A DNA stretch of 64,000 bases, from NCBI GenBank assembly GCA_002269645.1, contig NIVC01001396.1:233100-297099 (forward strand), in the 5' to 3' direction. Both the position numbers and the translations under genes were made by a program. The notes under the pieces are model-generated. The model was not told where the DNA came from, ran no database searches, and worked only from the letters and a program-made list of their open reading frames with translations. The stretch is from Macrostomum lignano. Its lineage: Eukaryota. Positions 1 through 46,260 of this stretch are shown here, piece by piece. Positions within the stretch are counted from its first letter, which is position 1; the number at the start of each line of letters is the position of its first letter.

Positions 1-754
1 TAATAGCATATTGTTACTGCACGGGCCTAAGAGCTTAAGACGCAAACTTCTTGAAGCGCGCATAAACTTTAAACTTTAGATTTGCAATTTTCGACAAAGT
101 TTCGAGTGAACTTCTAGTTGAAAGTTAGCTGATATAAAAAATCTAGTTCGGCAAAGATCTCGGCTAACTGCAGCTGGTGAAATGTACAACCACAATAGCC
201 CACTTACACCGATCTTTATATACTTTTACTTGTAACATGCATTTCGCGGATATGTTACTTGCCATTTGTTACGCAACACTTTCAGTGCGCTCTTGTGCCG
301 CCTCTAAAAGCAATTGTTACAAGCACAAATTTTATGACACTTCGCGCTTTGGAAGGCGTCCCCTTAAAAAAGCCTCCTTTCAAAATCCAAACGCTAAAAC
401 TGTAGCAAAAAATTAAAACAAAGGCACGAGACAGACTGCTTTAATAAGCAGGATTTTTCACTGCTCCGAGTAGTTGATGCTGAGAATTGCCTTTAAATCA
501 AATTATTATTTGTTGTCACATTTGTAGTCCAAAGCTTACTTGGCTTGTCAAATAGGAGCTCAAAACTAACAAAATACCAGGTAGGACTTCCGAGAAAGCA
601 TGCAAGCGATGCTCTTGCTTGGATTAAAAAAATTAAGGTCAGGATTATAATGAGTCAAGGGTGAGGGTTGGATTTGGTCTCGAGTTTGTCTCTCTCTGTA
701 TCCCTTTGGATTAGGTTCTCCAGAACTCTTTTCGAAGCTGTTTAGTCCGGACAT

Positions 755-1108
755 TTACCGTTTGCCCATCCTGACGAAGGAGGCGCGCTTCTTCTTACCC
801 ATCCTGACATAGGAGGCGCGCTTCTTCTTACCCATCCTGACATAGGAGGCGCGCTTCTTCTTACCCATCCTGACGAAGGAGGCGCGCTTATCAACGCCGT
901 TACTATCGGCCTCGTTGGTCATCACGTCGAGCAAGTTGACAGTCATTTTCAGGGTGACCGCGGCGCACTCATCGACACAGTCTGGTCGCGCGGCCAGCTC
1001 CGCGCGGCTCATGCAGACGTCGACAGTGTCAAGCTTGCAGGCATGCAGACTGCTGGTGCACAAGATGACCAGCAGCAGAACCAGCGACGAAATTTGCGAC
1101 AGCGACAT
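755..1108 (-). CDS. Neuropeptide precursor, FVRx-amide type (flatworm NPP-1 / lophotrochozoan FVRIamide-like), yielding ASFVRM-NH2 x2 and ASYVRM-NH2 x2
   Basis: 117-aa ORF with hydrophobic signal peptide (MSLSQISSLVLLLVILCTSSLHA), 4-Cys acidic spacer, then four 33-nt units each peptide-Gly-basic site (KR/KKKR). Gly before dibasic sites indicates C-terminal amidation. Family assignment from recall of FVRL/FVRI-amide peptides, not a search. Confidence 0.9.
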   Translation of the reverse strand: MSLSQISSLVLLLVILCTSSLHACKLDTVDVCMSRAELAARPDCVDECAAVTLKMTVNLLDVMTNEADSNGVDKRASFVRMGKKKRASYVRMGKKKRASYVRMGKKKRASFVRMGKR

Positions 1109-2021
1109 CCCGGATAAGTTCCTGCGGTGACGGTTGAGTTCGAGAGGTGCTTTCGTCAGTTGGTTGGTTCAAGAAAATTAGTACAGGCTATAAGAAATTC
1201 ATAAGACAGATTTATTTCGCAGTGATTTTAACAAATTATGACAACGAAACTTTTCTGTAGTTTAAATCGGTCGATGAATTTGCATATTATATTGAATTAA
1301 AAGTGATAAAAATGTCTTTTTAATTATTATCTCAAACTGAAAGACAAACCTGACTTTGGCGCGTTAATTAGTTTTAAAATTGTTAGTTTTATGCCGGATG
1401 TTGTCGGTGCAGCGTGAATACATGTACAGAAAAAGAAATCTGATGCAGACCAAGCTCTCGCAAAGTGTAAAGTTGAATTCAAAATTTTTGTTTAACTCAA
1501 TTGGAAAAATTTTAGATTTTAATGCCATGCAGTGTTGCTAATGAAGTGTCAATTTCACTCAGCATGCTCAGGTCTCTCAGCTAGTTTGCATATTTGCTTA
1601 ACCTCACACTGAAGAAGCTCTAGACTTAAGCCTTATAGTGACAAAGCCATTGATCGATTGGGATGCTGTGGATTTTGCGTCGCTAAACTGAAGAATAAAA
1701 TTTCACGTTCACCTGCTCAAATAAGAATTTTTTAAAGAAACGCTTACGATGTTTGAAAAGTTCTTCAAATACGCACCGACAGCCCCCTATCGAGTTTCAT
1801 GTCAAAAGTAAATTTTGAGCAACTTGAGCTCTCCTCGTTTTTTGTCAAACATTCCCTATCGCCTTTTTTACAAGCCACTCCACCAGTTACCCAAGCGCGT
1901 GAAGTTGTGCTTCTAAAATTCTACTTACACTTCGAAATTAGAATTCGAACCCGACCGAATCATTCACTTGGAAAGCCAGTCATCGAGCAGTACCAATCAA
2001 TACAGGTATTGTAGAGAACTA

Positions 2022-2290
2022 GGGGTTTGTAGCCTAGTGAGGGGCAGTAGACTAGAGGCTATAGAGCGTCGGACTCCCGACTGGAAGGTTGTGGGTTCGA
2101 TTCTTGACCCACAACTCGGAACAATTTGTGTCCTTGAGCAAGACAACTCAACTCTGCATTGCTTCAGTTCTTCACTCAGCTGTAAAATTGAGGGTGTGCG
2201 TGGCGACCGCCCCCCCTTCCAGTCTCGGACCGAACAGCCGTCGGTTGCACATCTGCACATAAGGACAGATGTAATAAATAATTATTATTA
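2022..2290 (+). mobile_element. tRNA-derived SINE with CORE-like central domain, copy 1
   Basis: A-box-like TAGCCTAGTG (head partly duplicated), B box GGTTCGATTC, then TGTGTCCTTGAGCAAGACA...CTTCAGTTC...CAGCTGTAAAAT, 3' segment GGTTGCACATCTG and (TAA/TTA) tail. Homologous to copies at 17135 and 31681. Confidence 0.8.
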
Positions 2291-3037
2291 TCATTACCAT
2301 TGGAATACATCAAAGCGGATCAAGTCAGCTAGAAGATCAATAAGTTCAGGAGAACCTTGCTAACTACTAGCGTAAATTTAGAGCATTCCGAAGGCCTTTA
2401 TGGTTCTCTCGCTATTTTTTGGGTTGCCTTCATCATTTTTCATTTCTCTGCTAATTCAAGATGCCGGCCTGACATCAAGTGGAGAGCTGAGAAAGAGGAA
2501 GAAATATGGTTGAAATTCGACTTGAGCTCTGAGCTTCACACAAAAATGGGAAGAAATGGTTGCCTGCTGCATTTTGCTTTTTTGCGTCGAAAAATTCCCA
2601 AAAAAAAAGATTTTCCCAGTTATATTTTCTTCAAATTGTTTCTTCAGCAGTTTCTCAAGTTTCCTTGCGGATTTGGGCGAAAAATATTAATGGGATTTTA
2701 ATCCCACGGCTTACCTTTTCGGATTTCCCAAACGGAATCTTTAATCTGTCAGAGAGGATTTGGTTGAGTTTTGTTTTCAATGGAAAAAATCTTAATTGAG
2801 TGCTGCTAACGCGTTGCTGTGCAGTGATGGAGCGCCGAGTGGATTAGCAAAGAGGCTGGGGCTCGGGCTGCTCAGGCTTGGTTTAAATATTTTCTTCGTT
2901 TCTGACTGCCCACGCCAAGCAGCCTCTTTTGGCTCTGGCTCGCGGTTGGCTGGGATGGGGAACCGCTTTGAATTGCTGTCTTTACGGACTACTATTGGCC
3001 TGGTGATCGGTCGTCTCTTTTGCTTGCTAGATTGAAG

Positions 3038-3933
3038 CACTAAAGCCCTGGTGCTAAAGTCCTGGTGCTGGCGCCCCTGGTGCTAAAGCCCCTTGGTGCT
3101 GGCGCCCCTGGTGCTAAAGCCCCTTGGTGCTGGCGCCCCTGGTGCTAAAGCCCCTTGGTGCTGGCGCCCCTGGTGCTAAAGCCCCTTGGTGCTAAATTCC
3201 TGGTGCTGGCGCCCCTGGTGCTGGCGCCCCTTGGTGCTGGCGCCCCTGGTGCTAAAGCCCCTTGGTGCTGGCGCCCCTGGTGCTGGCGCCCCTGGTGCTG
3301 GCGCCCCTGGTGCTGGCGCCCCTGGTGCTGGCGCCCCTGGTGCTGGCGCCCCTGGTGCTGGCGCCCCTGGTGCTGGCGCCCCTGGTGTTGGCGCCCTTGG
3401 TGCTAAAGTCCTGGTGTTGGCGCCCTTGGTGCTAAAGCCCGTTGGTGCTAAAGCCCCTGGTGCTGGCGCCCCTGGTGCTAAAGCCCCTTGGTGCTGGCGC
3501 CCCTGGTGCTGGCGCCCCTGGTGCTGGCGCCCCTGGTGCTGGCGCCCCTGGTGTTGGCGCCCTTGGTGCTAAAGTCCTGGTGTTGGCGCCCTTGGTGCTA
3601 AAGCCCTTGGTGCTAAAGCCCTTGGTGCTAAAGCCCCTTGGTGCTAAAGCCCTGGTGCTAAAGCCCCTGGTGCTGGCGCCCCTGGTGCTGGCGCCCCTGG
3701 TGCTGGCGCCCCTTGGTGCTAAAGCCCTTGGTGCTAAAGCCCTGGTGCTAAAGCCCCTGGTGCTAAAGCCCCCTGGTGCTAAAGCCCCCTGGTGCTGGCG
3801 CCCCTGGTGCTAAAGCCCCCTGGTGCTAAAGCCCCCTGGTGCTAAAGCCCCCTGGTGCTAAAGCCCCCTGGTGCTGGCGCCCCTGGTGCTAAAGCCCCTG
3901 GTGCTAAAGCCTCTGATGCTAAAGCCCCTGGTG
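3038..3933. repeat. GC-rich 15-16 bp minisatellite (GGCGCCCCTGGTGCT / AAAGCCCCTGGTGCT)
   Basis: Direct tandem units visible; explains the GAGAP/WCWRP/VLAPL ORFs. Confidence 0.95.
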
Positions 3934-4377
3934 TGGAATCCAGAAAGGCTTTGATCCCAGCGACCCAAAGTTGTCCCAACTATATTTACCCGACAAGGCT
4001 AAGTCTATGAATAATTTTGCCACTGAGTGTGCGGGGATGTGTAGGCGCTGGAAGTAAACGATGCCGAGTTTTGACGTCTTCCTAGCGACTGAGTTTGGAA
4101 CCCTTAGACAAATCGAATCAAGCGCTATAAACTACTTACTAAGCATATATAATGTATTGGTAGACTTAAGTAGCCCGTAAATCAATCAATCCATCAATCA
4201 ATCATGTCCTTCACTGTGTTGCTAGGAGTATGGAGTTGAGGCAGAAATATTTTTGGCAACAACTTGGGCCAGGAATCAGATTTTGGGTAAGTAGTATGTC
4301 TCACTGTTGCATTGCAGATCAGCTGGGGGTGTTGCACTTTTATAAATGACTACTTTTTATTGCTACGGTAGATAGCA

Positions 4378-4735
4378 CAGTTGCTATGGAAGATAATTTA
4401 GTTGCTATGGCAGATTATTTCGTTACTATTGGGAGATTATGTAGTTTCTTGGGGAGATAATGTAGTTGCTATGGGAGATTATTTAGTTGCTATGGGAGAT
4501 GCTGTAGTTGCTATAGGAAATAATGTAGTTGCTATGGGAAATAATGTAGTTGCTATGGGGTAGATAATGTAGCTTCTATGGTGGATAATGTAGTTGCTAT
4601 GGCAAATAATGTAGTTGCTATGGTAGATTATGAGTTGCTGGGGGAGATAATGTATTGCTATGGAAAATAATACTGTTGCTATGGGTGATACTGCAGTTAC
4701 TTTGGGAGATGATTTAGTTGCTATGCTATTTTTGC
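4378..4735. repeat. Degenerate ~21 bp minisatellite (ATAATGTAGTTGCTATGGGA)
   Basis: Repeated TAGTTGCTATGG core. Confidence 0.85.
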
Positions 4736-5185
4736 TACTATAATATACGCACATCACAATAAAAGTTTGTTTTAATTTCGTTTAACTCAAAAAAGAGCCG
4801 AATATTATAAAAACATTTTCAATATACTACTCAACTTAATCAACTGAGTAGTATCGTATGAAAACAGCATTAAGATGGATTTCAGAAAACAGCAAATTTA
4901 GAATTGTATATATTCTAACCAACCAATAGAATGCCGGCAATCCTGGACAAATAAGCACGAAGCACGAACTGCAGATATAATAGAGAGGAAAATGAAATTG
5001 CAAGAACAGCAGAGAACAAGGGGGTCTCCTAGAATAAACCTACACAGCTGCATAATTGCTTCCTTGCACGTTACTGCTAACAGCCTTGAAGCAATTAAGT
5101 GAGAAACAGATAAATAAATCATAAACTTAAATTTTTGTTTTGTTGTTGAAACTAACTTCCTCGGGTCAAAGACCCTTCGATCAGC

Positions 5186-37943
<32,758 letters not shown>

Positions 37944-40616
37944 TTGGCTGGGCTGGGGCTGGGTGATGTGATTAACAAACTGAGCTAAAATAACTTGGAC
38001 GCCAGCGGAACGCGGCGGAGTGGAGTGAGGTGGGTGAGCAGCCCGTTTAGGCCATAAAAACAGGGCTGGGTTAGGGAGTTTTTATGACTTCCACCCCAAC
38101 CTCCCTCCTTACCCAGACTGAACTCTCTTACCTTATATGTACATTTAATGTACACTTAGTCAAGATACCCTCTCCGCCTCCGCCGCTCGCTCTGGCTAAT
38201 AATATAATCGATAAGCGATAAGTCGCTTTAATCATATAATTATCCTGAACTTGTGTACAAAAAACGCCACATTAACAACGTAAAAACTTGCTGGCAGATA
38301 GTCATTGCACTGTCTCTTTGTTTGTCTGAACCCTAAAGTCGGAAACAGCAAGATTTCGCTTTATAATTATGGTTTAAATGAATCATGAGTTGGACAACCC
38401 AATGTTGCATTATTTTGTTTATCTATCTTATCGTCACATGCATGCTAACGCTGTTTGTTTTGTTTTTAAAAAATCGGCAAAATGATTGCGTTAAAAACGA
38501 TATTTTTGTTCCCTTTCCCTTTCCTTGGTACGTGTCTGTTTTAACACAACGAAACTTAAAAAATCTTTCTCTTTATCATTAAATCATGAATTTGCTAGAC
38601 AAAAAACAGTTTTTGTTTGTTTCTTTTTGCGCAAAATTTTTATACCATTTTGCATCATCATTTGCTACTATTGCAAGTAGGCAGCTTCGAGCATCGATTT
38701 TGAGAAGTTTGTAGATTTTCGCTTTTTGCGTCTCGATCAAAGTTTGTTGTGTCTTTTCGCAAGACCCACCCCTCTTGTTTGAGAGATGCTGCCCTCCATT
38801 TCTGTTGCCTTTGACCCTAATCTATATATGCTTATCCGCCCTAAGTTTCTGTTAACAGCAAAACCTGCAATAAACAATTATCAATTAGTTGAACTCTGAA
38901 ACTTGTTGAACTTTTAACAAATAGCACATTGAAATACTAATTAATAGACAATTTACTGCATGCCCCTTTCATAGAAGCACTTCGTACTAGCATGTCATTG
39001 ACTCATAATACGACTATGCGGGGGTTCTTTGATTTTTTCTAAGATAAACGTGAAAGAAACGTCATATTTCAATCATAAAAGAAGTGTTGTTTTAAAAAAT
39101 GAAAGAACCGTCATATCGAACATACTAGATTCATATAGAGACGCTATAAGATTTCAAAGGTTCGGGGGGGTGTTGCCGAGATGCCAAGGCTGAGTGGGTC
39201 AGAAGCTATACATGCAGAAGCTAAATGGAATACATTTTATTTTTATCTTTGTTGGCTCCCCAACGGGGGGGAGCACTAATTGCTAAGTTGCATAATGGCA
39301 CTGAAGTTTCCCCACGGCGCAAAGAATTGGCTATAAAATATCTCCAATGGCTCCTAATCTCTTATTATCCTAAAATTAGCGGTAAAATCTTCCTGTGGAG
39401 CTAAATGGCGCTAATGTTTTTGTTCAGTGACTGGTTATGCTGCAATGACATCGGGGCTGCTACGAGTGGCTCTCGCTCGAGAAGGCTGTGGCTTGAGAAT
39501 CGTGTTGTCAGCACTCATTTTGGCGCCGCAGGTACTCATTTTGGCGCCGAAGCTGGCGCTATATTTTGGCGCCTTGCAGAAAAATTATTGATTACCACAA
39601 CGATTCACAAGGTGGGCTGGGGGGATAAAGCATGTCTCCCCATAGCTTTTACCGGGGGAGAACACGTCCCCCCTGTCCCCTCCCCGGTGGCGACCGGGGA
39701 AAAGTTACGGCTACTTTGTATGAAAAGTTCAAATCAAAGTTTTTGCTCAAAAGACCGCTAGAATTACCGTGTGTTTCATTAAGGAAAGTCAGGCCACACT
39801 CTCTCGGTATACATGTAATTCATTCGGTCATATTCGGTCCCCTGTCATTATATGTAATAGCAGTTCATTCTCTAGAATCACTTTTAGGAATAGATAGGCT
39901 TTCTTATAAAACGGCACAAATCGCCTTGCAAAAATTATTTAACGAAAATGTGTCTATACAAATGACAATATACAATATAGTACTGCAGAGTTCGCTAAAA
40001 ACGACAAACAACTTGCGAAACGTCAGTAAATTACTAAAAAAATTAAATACTCGTAATAGCCAGCCAGTTAAAATAAGAGAGATACTCGTAAAACAACATC
40101 TGTGTAAATCTAATGCACATAGTCGAACTCAATATTTCGACATCTTGGAACAAAAAGTTTTTGTTTTATTTTAGTTCATCATCACGTGATATTTTCATTG
40201 GAATATAGACGAAAGGTAACTTATTTTTAGCTTAGAAGTTAGCTTAGAAAGTTTGCGCCGCAAAACACTTAAACTTCGCAAACATCGCAGTACAATAAAA
40301 AGGACAAATATTTTTTACCAAATACTATATTTTAGTGCTAAACCCGGAAAAATAACTACGATAAAACGACAACAAAAAATTAATTATCGTTAAAATACGG
40401 ACTTGGTTTACAGTTTTCTTAGAGAATTCGCGTTTTTATCTCGCTAGGGCTAAATATTACTTGTTTATTGCTATTCTCAAACATAATTACGGCTGAATTT
40501 TTGTTACAAGATTTTCGGCGCGAATTTAAATAAAATTACAAGTAAGCAGAATTACGCAGTTATACGAGCGAAGTAACGTTCGGAATTGACTTGTGAATAG
40601 TTATCGAGTAAAAAAA

Positions 40617-43466
40617 TTAACTATCTAGCTCATATGCTTTGGATTTCTCTCGATTGCTGGTCGCAACAAGTTCGATTCGTCTAGCCATATCTTTTTGAAC
40701 GGCTTCGTAAAGCTCAGGCCTCGTGCAGTTTGAGTTGTTGACGCCGCGAGCGTGGGGCCCCAGCTGGTCTTTGGTGATGAAATCCCACAGGACTCGAAGC
40801 CAGCTGGTGTGATGGGGAAGACTGTTGTAGTATTCGCCTGCGATGCGGCGAACTTCGGGCAAGCGTCTGCGTTTGGTAAATCGAGGTTCTCTGTGATTTT
40901 TTGTGTCTCACTGTGAGAAACACCTCGTATGTATGAAGTGTGAGGAATTTGCAGTGTCTGTGAGGAGTGTGCAGTGTCTGTGAGGAGTGTGCAGTGTCTG
41001 TGAGGAGTGTGCGTGTCTGTGAGGAGTGTGCAGTGTCTGTGAGGAATGTACAGTGTCTGTGAGGAGTGTGCGTGTCTGTGAGGAGTGTACAGTGTCTGTG
41101 AGGAGTGTGCGTGTCTGTGAGGAGTGTGCAGTGTCTGTGAGGAGTGTGCAGTGTCTGTGAGGAATGTACAGTGTCTGTGAGGAGTGTGCGTGTCTGTGAG
41201 GAGTGTACAGTGTCTGTGAGGAGTGTGCAGTGTCTGTGAGGAGTGTGCGTGTCTGTGAGGAGTGTGCGTGTCTGTGAGGAGTGTACAGTATCTGTGAGGA
41301 GTACGAGCTATACAGGGTCTGTGATGAGTTCTTAGTACTCTGAGGAAGTTGCAATAGTTATGAGTACAGATGCTCAGGTGTAGCCACAACAGACCTGTAG
41401 GGAATATAAGGGAAGTCGTGATGCTCAATATGGTAGCCAACATTGAATAGCAGGACATTCAGTGGACCATAGTAACTGTGGGTGCTCTGACCGCCCGAGA
41501 ACAAGTAGTGCTCGGAGATGAAATGTCCCGCCAGAGGGTGCGGTCCAAAGCCGAACAGTGTGCCAACAATCAGATAGCAGAGACTTTTCCAGCCGAACAG
41601 TACATAAATGGATAAATCGAATGTCATACAGACGGTGAAGTTGAACAGTTCCCAAGGTGTGGTCGGCTTTGGAGACTTTATAAACGGTCGCAAACCGTGG
41701 ATGAAGGGATGAGCGCATAGCCAAAGGAGTTTAGTCAGCGGGTGACGAAACAGACGCGCCTCAGTCTTGGTTGGTATGTCAACATCATTGTCCTCGTGAC
41801 CCAGCCATCTGTGATGATCGGTGTGATACTTCTTGTAACTGATGGCCATTGGTATTGCTATGGGCAGATTGCAGAATATTGCCAACAGTCTGTTAGCCCA
41901 CGGTCGCTTGTGTCCGAATGCCAAGTTGTGACCTGCGTGGTTTTGTGCGTTTAAGTTATTGTACCCGGGGAATTACGTCACTACTAACAAACAAAGAAAT
42001 AAGCAAATCAATTAGGAGCTGGAAAAATCTTTGGATTCATAATTGTCACATGAACAATTCACGCTAAATTTGATTGAAAATCGATATTAAAAATAATCGC
42101 AGAAGGACTGTGGACACTCTGCGTGGCTCAACACCTTAGGCGACATCGTCCCACGAATTTCTTTAACCAAGAAAGCGGAGAGAGATAAAACTGGTTTGAT
42201 TTGAATTAAGTCTCAATCCAGAAACATCTGTCTAATTGAATATATTGAGGAGAAACGGAGAACGTTAGCTTTTTGATGCTTTTAGGAAGTCTATTAGTCT
42301 ACAAAATAGTAATAACATCATAGTCTATAAAATGTATGTTTGAAAACTTTGACATTCAAAGCATTCCCTATCAAACAGCCACTTATAATGACAAAGTGGA
42401 TTAGCACTCTATGTGATAGTCGTTATAATGTTTGAAATAGACTGACTCTTGGGTATTGGAATTTTGATGGGAAATTCAACAAATGGAACTGGGAAAAAAC
42501 CTCATTAGAAATGTTTTCTATCCGTCATTCTTTTGCGTGGCTGTACTGTACCGCGAGTACAATATTACGTGTTTTTGACCCAAACGGTCTATGGCCATAA
42601 ATTTCGATGACTCAACTGTCTATTATCTAAACTGTCTATGACCTAAACTGTCTATGTTCTAAACTGTCTATGATCTAAACTGTCTATGATCTAAACTGTC
42701 TATGACCCAACCTGTCTATGATCTAAACTGTCTATGACCTAAACTGTCTATGTTCTAAACTGTCTATGACCCAAACTGTCTATGATCTAAACTGTCTATG
42801 ACCTAAACTGTCTATGTTCTAAACTGTCTATGATCTAAACTGTCTATGATCTAAACTGTCTATGACCCAACCTGTCTATGATCTAAACTCTCTATTATCT
42901 TAACTGTCAATGACCCAAACTGTCTATGATCTAAACTGTCTATGATCTAAACTGTCTATGACCCAAACTGTCTATGATCTAAACTGTCTATGACCTAAAC
43001 TGTCTATGTTCTAAACTGTCTATGATCTAAACTGTCTATGATCTAAACTGTCTATGATCTAAAATGTCTATGACCTAAACTGTCTATGATCTAAACTGTC
43101 CATGACCCGAAATCCCATGAACCAACACCGATCGCACTCACCAATCTCGTGAATAGCTGAGCCCAAGCTGTGATTCAGCGTGGCCCCAACAGCGTAGGCC
43201 ACCAGCAATAACACAGCCCAGTTCGGTTGCGTCACCCGAATCACGTGACAAAAGCCCAGCTGAACTGCCACCTCGCAGGTGACAATAACGGCTATCCAAG
43301 GATCGCTGCCCATCAGCTGTTTGATCTGGGGATATTTGGCAAGGATCTCACGACGTCGGCTGACATGGGGCTCCTCCGAGTACTCCCAGCGGTCTGAGTC
43401 CAGTTCGACTTTTAGACCGAGTTTCAGAGCGTTGAAAAACGACTGCTTTAGGTTTGTTGCAGACAT
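40617..43466 (-). CDS. DEGS1: Sphingolipid delta(4)-desaturase / C4-hydroxylase family (DES1/infertile crescent-like), 3 coding exons, 370 aa
   Basis: Exons 43466-43142, 41932-41395, 40866-40617 (1113 nt, GT-AG, frame continuous). N-terminal EPHVSRRREILAKYPQIKQLMG; His boxes HEIGH, HTDHH, HIEHH; GHFISEHY; SYYGPLN. AATAAA on the minus strand at 40469-40464. DEGS1 versus DEGS2 activity cannot be decided from sequence. Confidence 0.93.
40950..41300. repeat. 18-20 bp minisatellite (GTGTCTGTGAGGAGTGTGCA) in DEGS intron 2
   Basis: Tandem units. Confidence 0.92.
42615..43105. repeat. 16 bp minisatellite (TCTAAACTGTCTATGA) in DEGS intron 1
   Basis: Period 16. Confidence 0.93.
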
Positions 43467-43509
43467 TCTCTACCGGTAGTTGCTGATGCTGTCCTGCAGA
43501 GGAGAAAGT

Positions 43510-44150
43510 ATGACTCATTTAGACTCCTCTATGACTCATTTAGAAATATTTATGACCCTTTTAGACACTTTTATGACTCTTTTAGACACTTTTATGACCC
43601 ATTTAGACACATTTTGACTCCTTTAGGCTCATGTATGACCCCTTTCGACACCTTTATGACCTTTTAAACATCTGGATGACCAATCACATCTGCATGACTC
43701 ATTCAGACATATGTATGACCTATTTAGACACTTTTATGACCCATTAAGACACCTTAATGACTCCTTTAGACACATGTATGACCCCTTTCGACACCTTTAT
43801 GACCTATTTAAACATCTGTATGACCAATTATATCGGCATGACCCATTCAGACATATTTATGACCTATTTAGACACTTTTATGACCCATTTAGACACTATC
43901 ACTCCTTTAGAAACTTTTATAACCCATTTAGACACTTTTATGGCACACTTAGGACACCTCTATGACCCACTTAGACACCTTTAAGACCCGTTTAGACACT
44001 TGTATGACCCACTTAGACACCTTTAAGACCCGTTTAGACACCTCTATGACCACTTAGACACCTGTAAGACCCGTTTAGACACTTTTATGACCAATTTGGA
44101 AACTTATATGACCAACTTAAACACTTTAAACGCTCTATGACCCGTCTATG
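43510..44150. repeat. Degenerate ~22 bp repeat (ATGACCCATTTAGACACTTTT) upstream of the DEGS start exon
   Basis: Diverged tandem units. Confidence 0.8.
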
Positions 44151-44864
44151 ACCGATAATTTCCATTTATAACAAAATAATAGGGAATCTCATTACAATAA
44201 AATTTAAGTCCAGCCTTAATTCGCTATGCAAACACCTATAGTCTGCACTGCATATTAAGGTTCATCACTCAGAAGAGCCTACAGTACTTAAAAATGACAA
44301 GGTGCATGCATAAGTAGCAAGAACTTACGGTTAGCCTATAGGTGAAAAACGAGAGGAGAACTGGTACTCTTTCTTCCCATCTGCCCCGTCTCCCCCTATC
44401 CGTCCCTTATTTATGCATCCGGGCTACACTATGGCTCGCTTTGACAGGCGCTGGGGTTGGGGTGGGAGCAATTCCCAACGGGAATTCTATCGCATGCCTT
44501 CCCCACGTCAATCCAGTTTCTGCCCCCCCCTCCAAAAAGCAGCTTAGCACACGGGAATAATGTTACGATTGGTTAATAAAAATCTATTGCCTGAGTCAGG
44601 CAGGGCTGTGGGCAGGGCATCTATGGCCATAGACTGGTCATAAAACCCTCAGTCTATATAGGCTAGCGTATTGATTTTATTAATCTATGACCACCGTATG
44701 ACTACAGTATGACTACAGTAAGACTACAGTATAACTATAATATGACTACAATTTGACTACAGTATGAATACAGTAGTGACTAAAGCATGACTATAGTATG
44801 ACTACAGCATGATTATAGTATTGTGTCCAGATTATGTCGATAGTATGACCACAGTATAGTTAAG

Positions 44865-46260
44865 ACAAGGAGGGAGATCTGAGAGGGAGAGGCGGTGGAT
44901 AGGGAGAGAGAGACTGAGAGGGAGAGACTGAGAGAGAGACTGAGAGGGAGAGACTGAGAGGGCGAGAGTAAGAGGGAGAGAGTGAGAGGGAGAGACTGAG
45001 AGAGAGAGACTGAGAGGGAGAGACTGAGAGGGAGAGACTGAGAGAGAGACTGAGAGGGAGAGACTGAGAGGCAGAGAGGCAGAGACTGAGAGGCAGAGAC
45101 TGAGAGGCAGACTCTGAGAGGGAGAGACTGAGAGGGAGAGGCGGTGGAGAGGGAGAGAGAGACTGAGAGGGAGAGACTGAGAGGGAGAGACTGAGAGGGA
45201 GAGACTGAGAGGGAGAGACTGAGAGGGCGAGAGTAAGAGGGAGAGAGTGAGAGGGAGAGACTGAGAGAGAGAGACTGAGAGGGAGAGACTGAGAGGGAGA
45301 GACTGAGAGGGAGAGACTGAGAGGGAGAGAGTGAGATGGAGAGAGTGAGATGGAGAGACTGAGATGGAGAGACTGAGAGGGAGAGAGGGAGAGCGAGAGG
45401 CTGAGAGGGAGAGACTGAGAGGGAGAGACTGAGAGGGAGAGAGTGAGAGGGAGAGACTGAGATGGAGAGACTGAGAGGGAGAGAGGGAGAGCGAGAGGCT
45501 GAGAGGGAGAGACTGAGAGGGAGAGACTGAGAGGCAGACTCTGAGAGGGAGAGACTGAGAGGGAGAGACTGAGAGGGAGAGACTGAGAGGGAGAGACTGA
45601 GAGGGAGAGACTGAGAGGCAGACTCTGAGAGGGAGAGACTGATAGGGAGAGACTGAGAGGGAGAGACTGAGAGGGAGAGACTGAGAGGGAGAGACTGAGA
45701 GGCAGACTCTGAGAGGGAGAGACTGAGAGGCAGAGACTGAGAGGGAGAGACTGAGAGGCAGACTCTGAGAGGGAGAGACTGATAGGGAGAGACTGAGAGG
45801 GAGAGACTGAGAGGGAGAGACTGAGAGGGAGAGACTGAGAGGGAGAGGCAGAGAGGGAGAGACTGAGAGGCAGAAACTGAGAGGGAGAGAATGAGAGGCA
45901 GAGACTGAGAGGCAGACTCTGAGAGGCAGAGACTGAGAGGCAGAGACTGAGAGGCAGACTCTGAGAGGGAGAGACTGATAGGGAGAGACTGAGAGGCAGA
46001 GACTGAGAGGCAGACTCTGAGAGGGAGAGACTGAGAGGGAGAGACTGAGAGGGAGAGACTGAGAGGGAGAGACTGAGAGGGAGAGACTGAGAGGCAGAGA
46101 CTGAGAGGCAGAGACTGAGAGGCAGAGACTGATAGTGAGAGACTGAGAGGGAGAGACTGAGAGGGAGAGACTGAGAGGCAGAGACTGAGAGGGAGAGACT
46201 GAGAGGCAGAGACTGAGAGGGAGAGACTGAGAGGCAGAGACTGAGAGGGAGAGACTGGCA
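44865..46260. repeat. 14 bp GA-rich minisatellite (GACTGAGAGGGAGA)
   Basis: Period 14; SLPLSLS ORF artefacts. Confidence 0.95.

Noticed and set aside
3155-3813. GAGAP elastin/silk-like ORFs
   Set aside because: Frame-shifting 15-16 bp satellite with no coherent gene structure.
39170-40174. GC-rich patches and a 180-aa ORF between slit and DEGS as a gene or DNA transposon
   Set aside because: No recognisable domain, splice structure or paired terminal repeats; possibly an eroded TE remnant.
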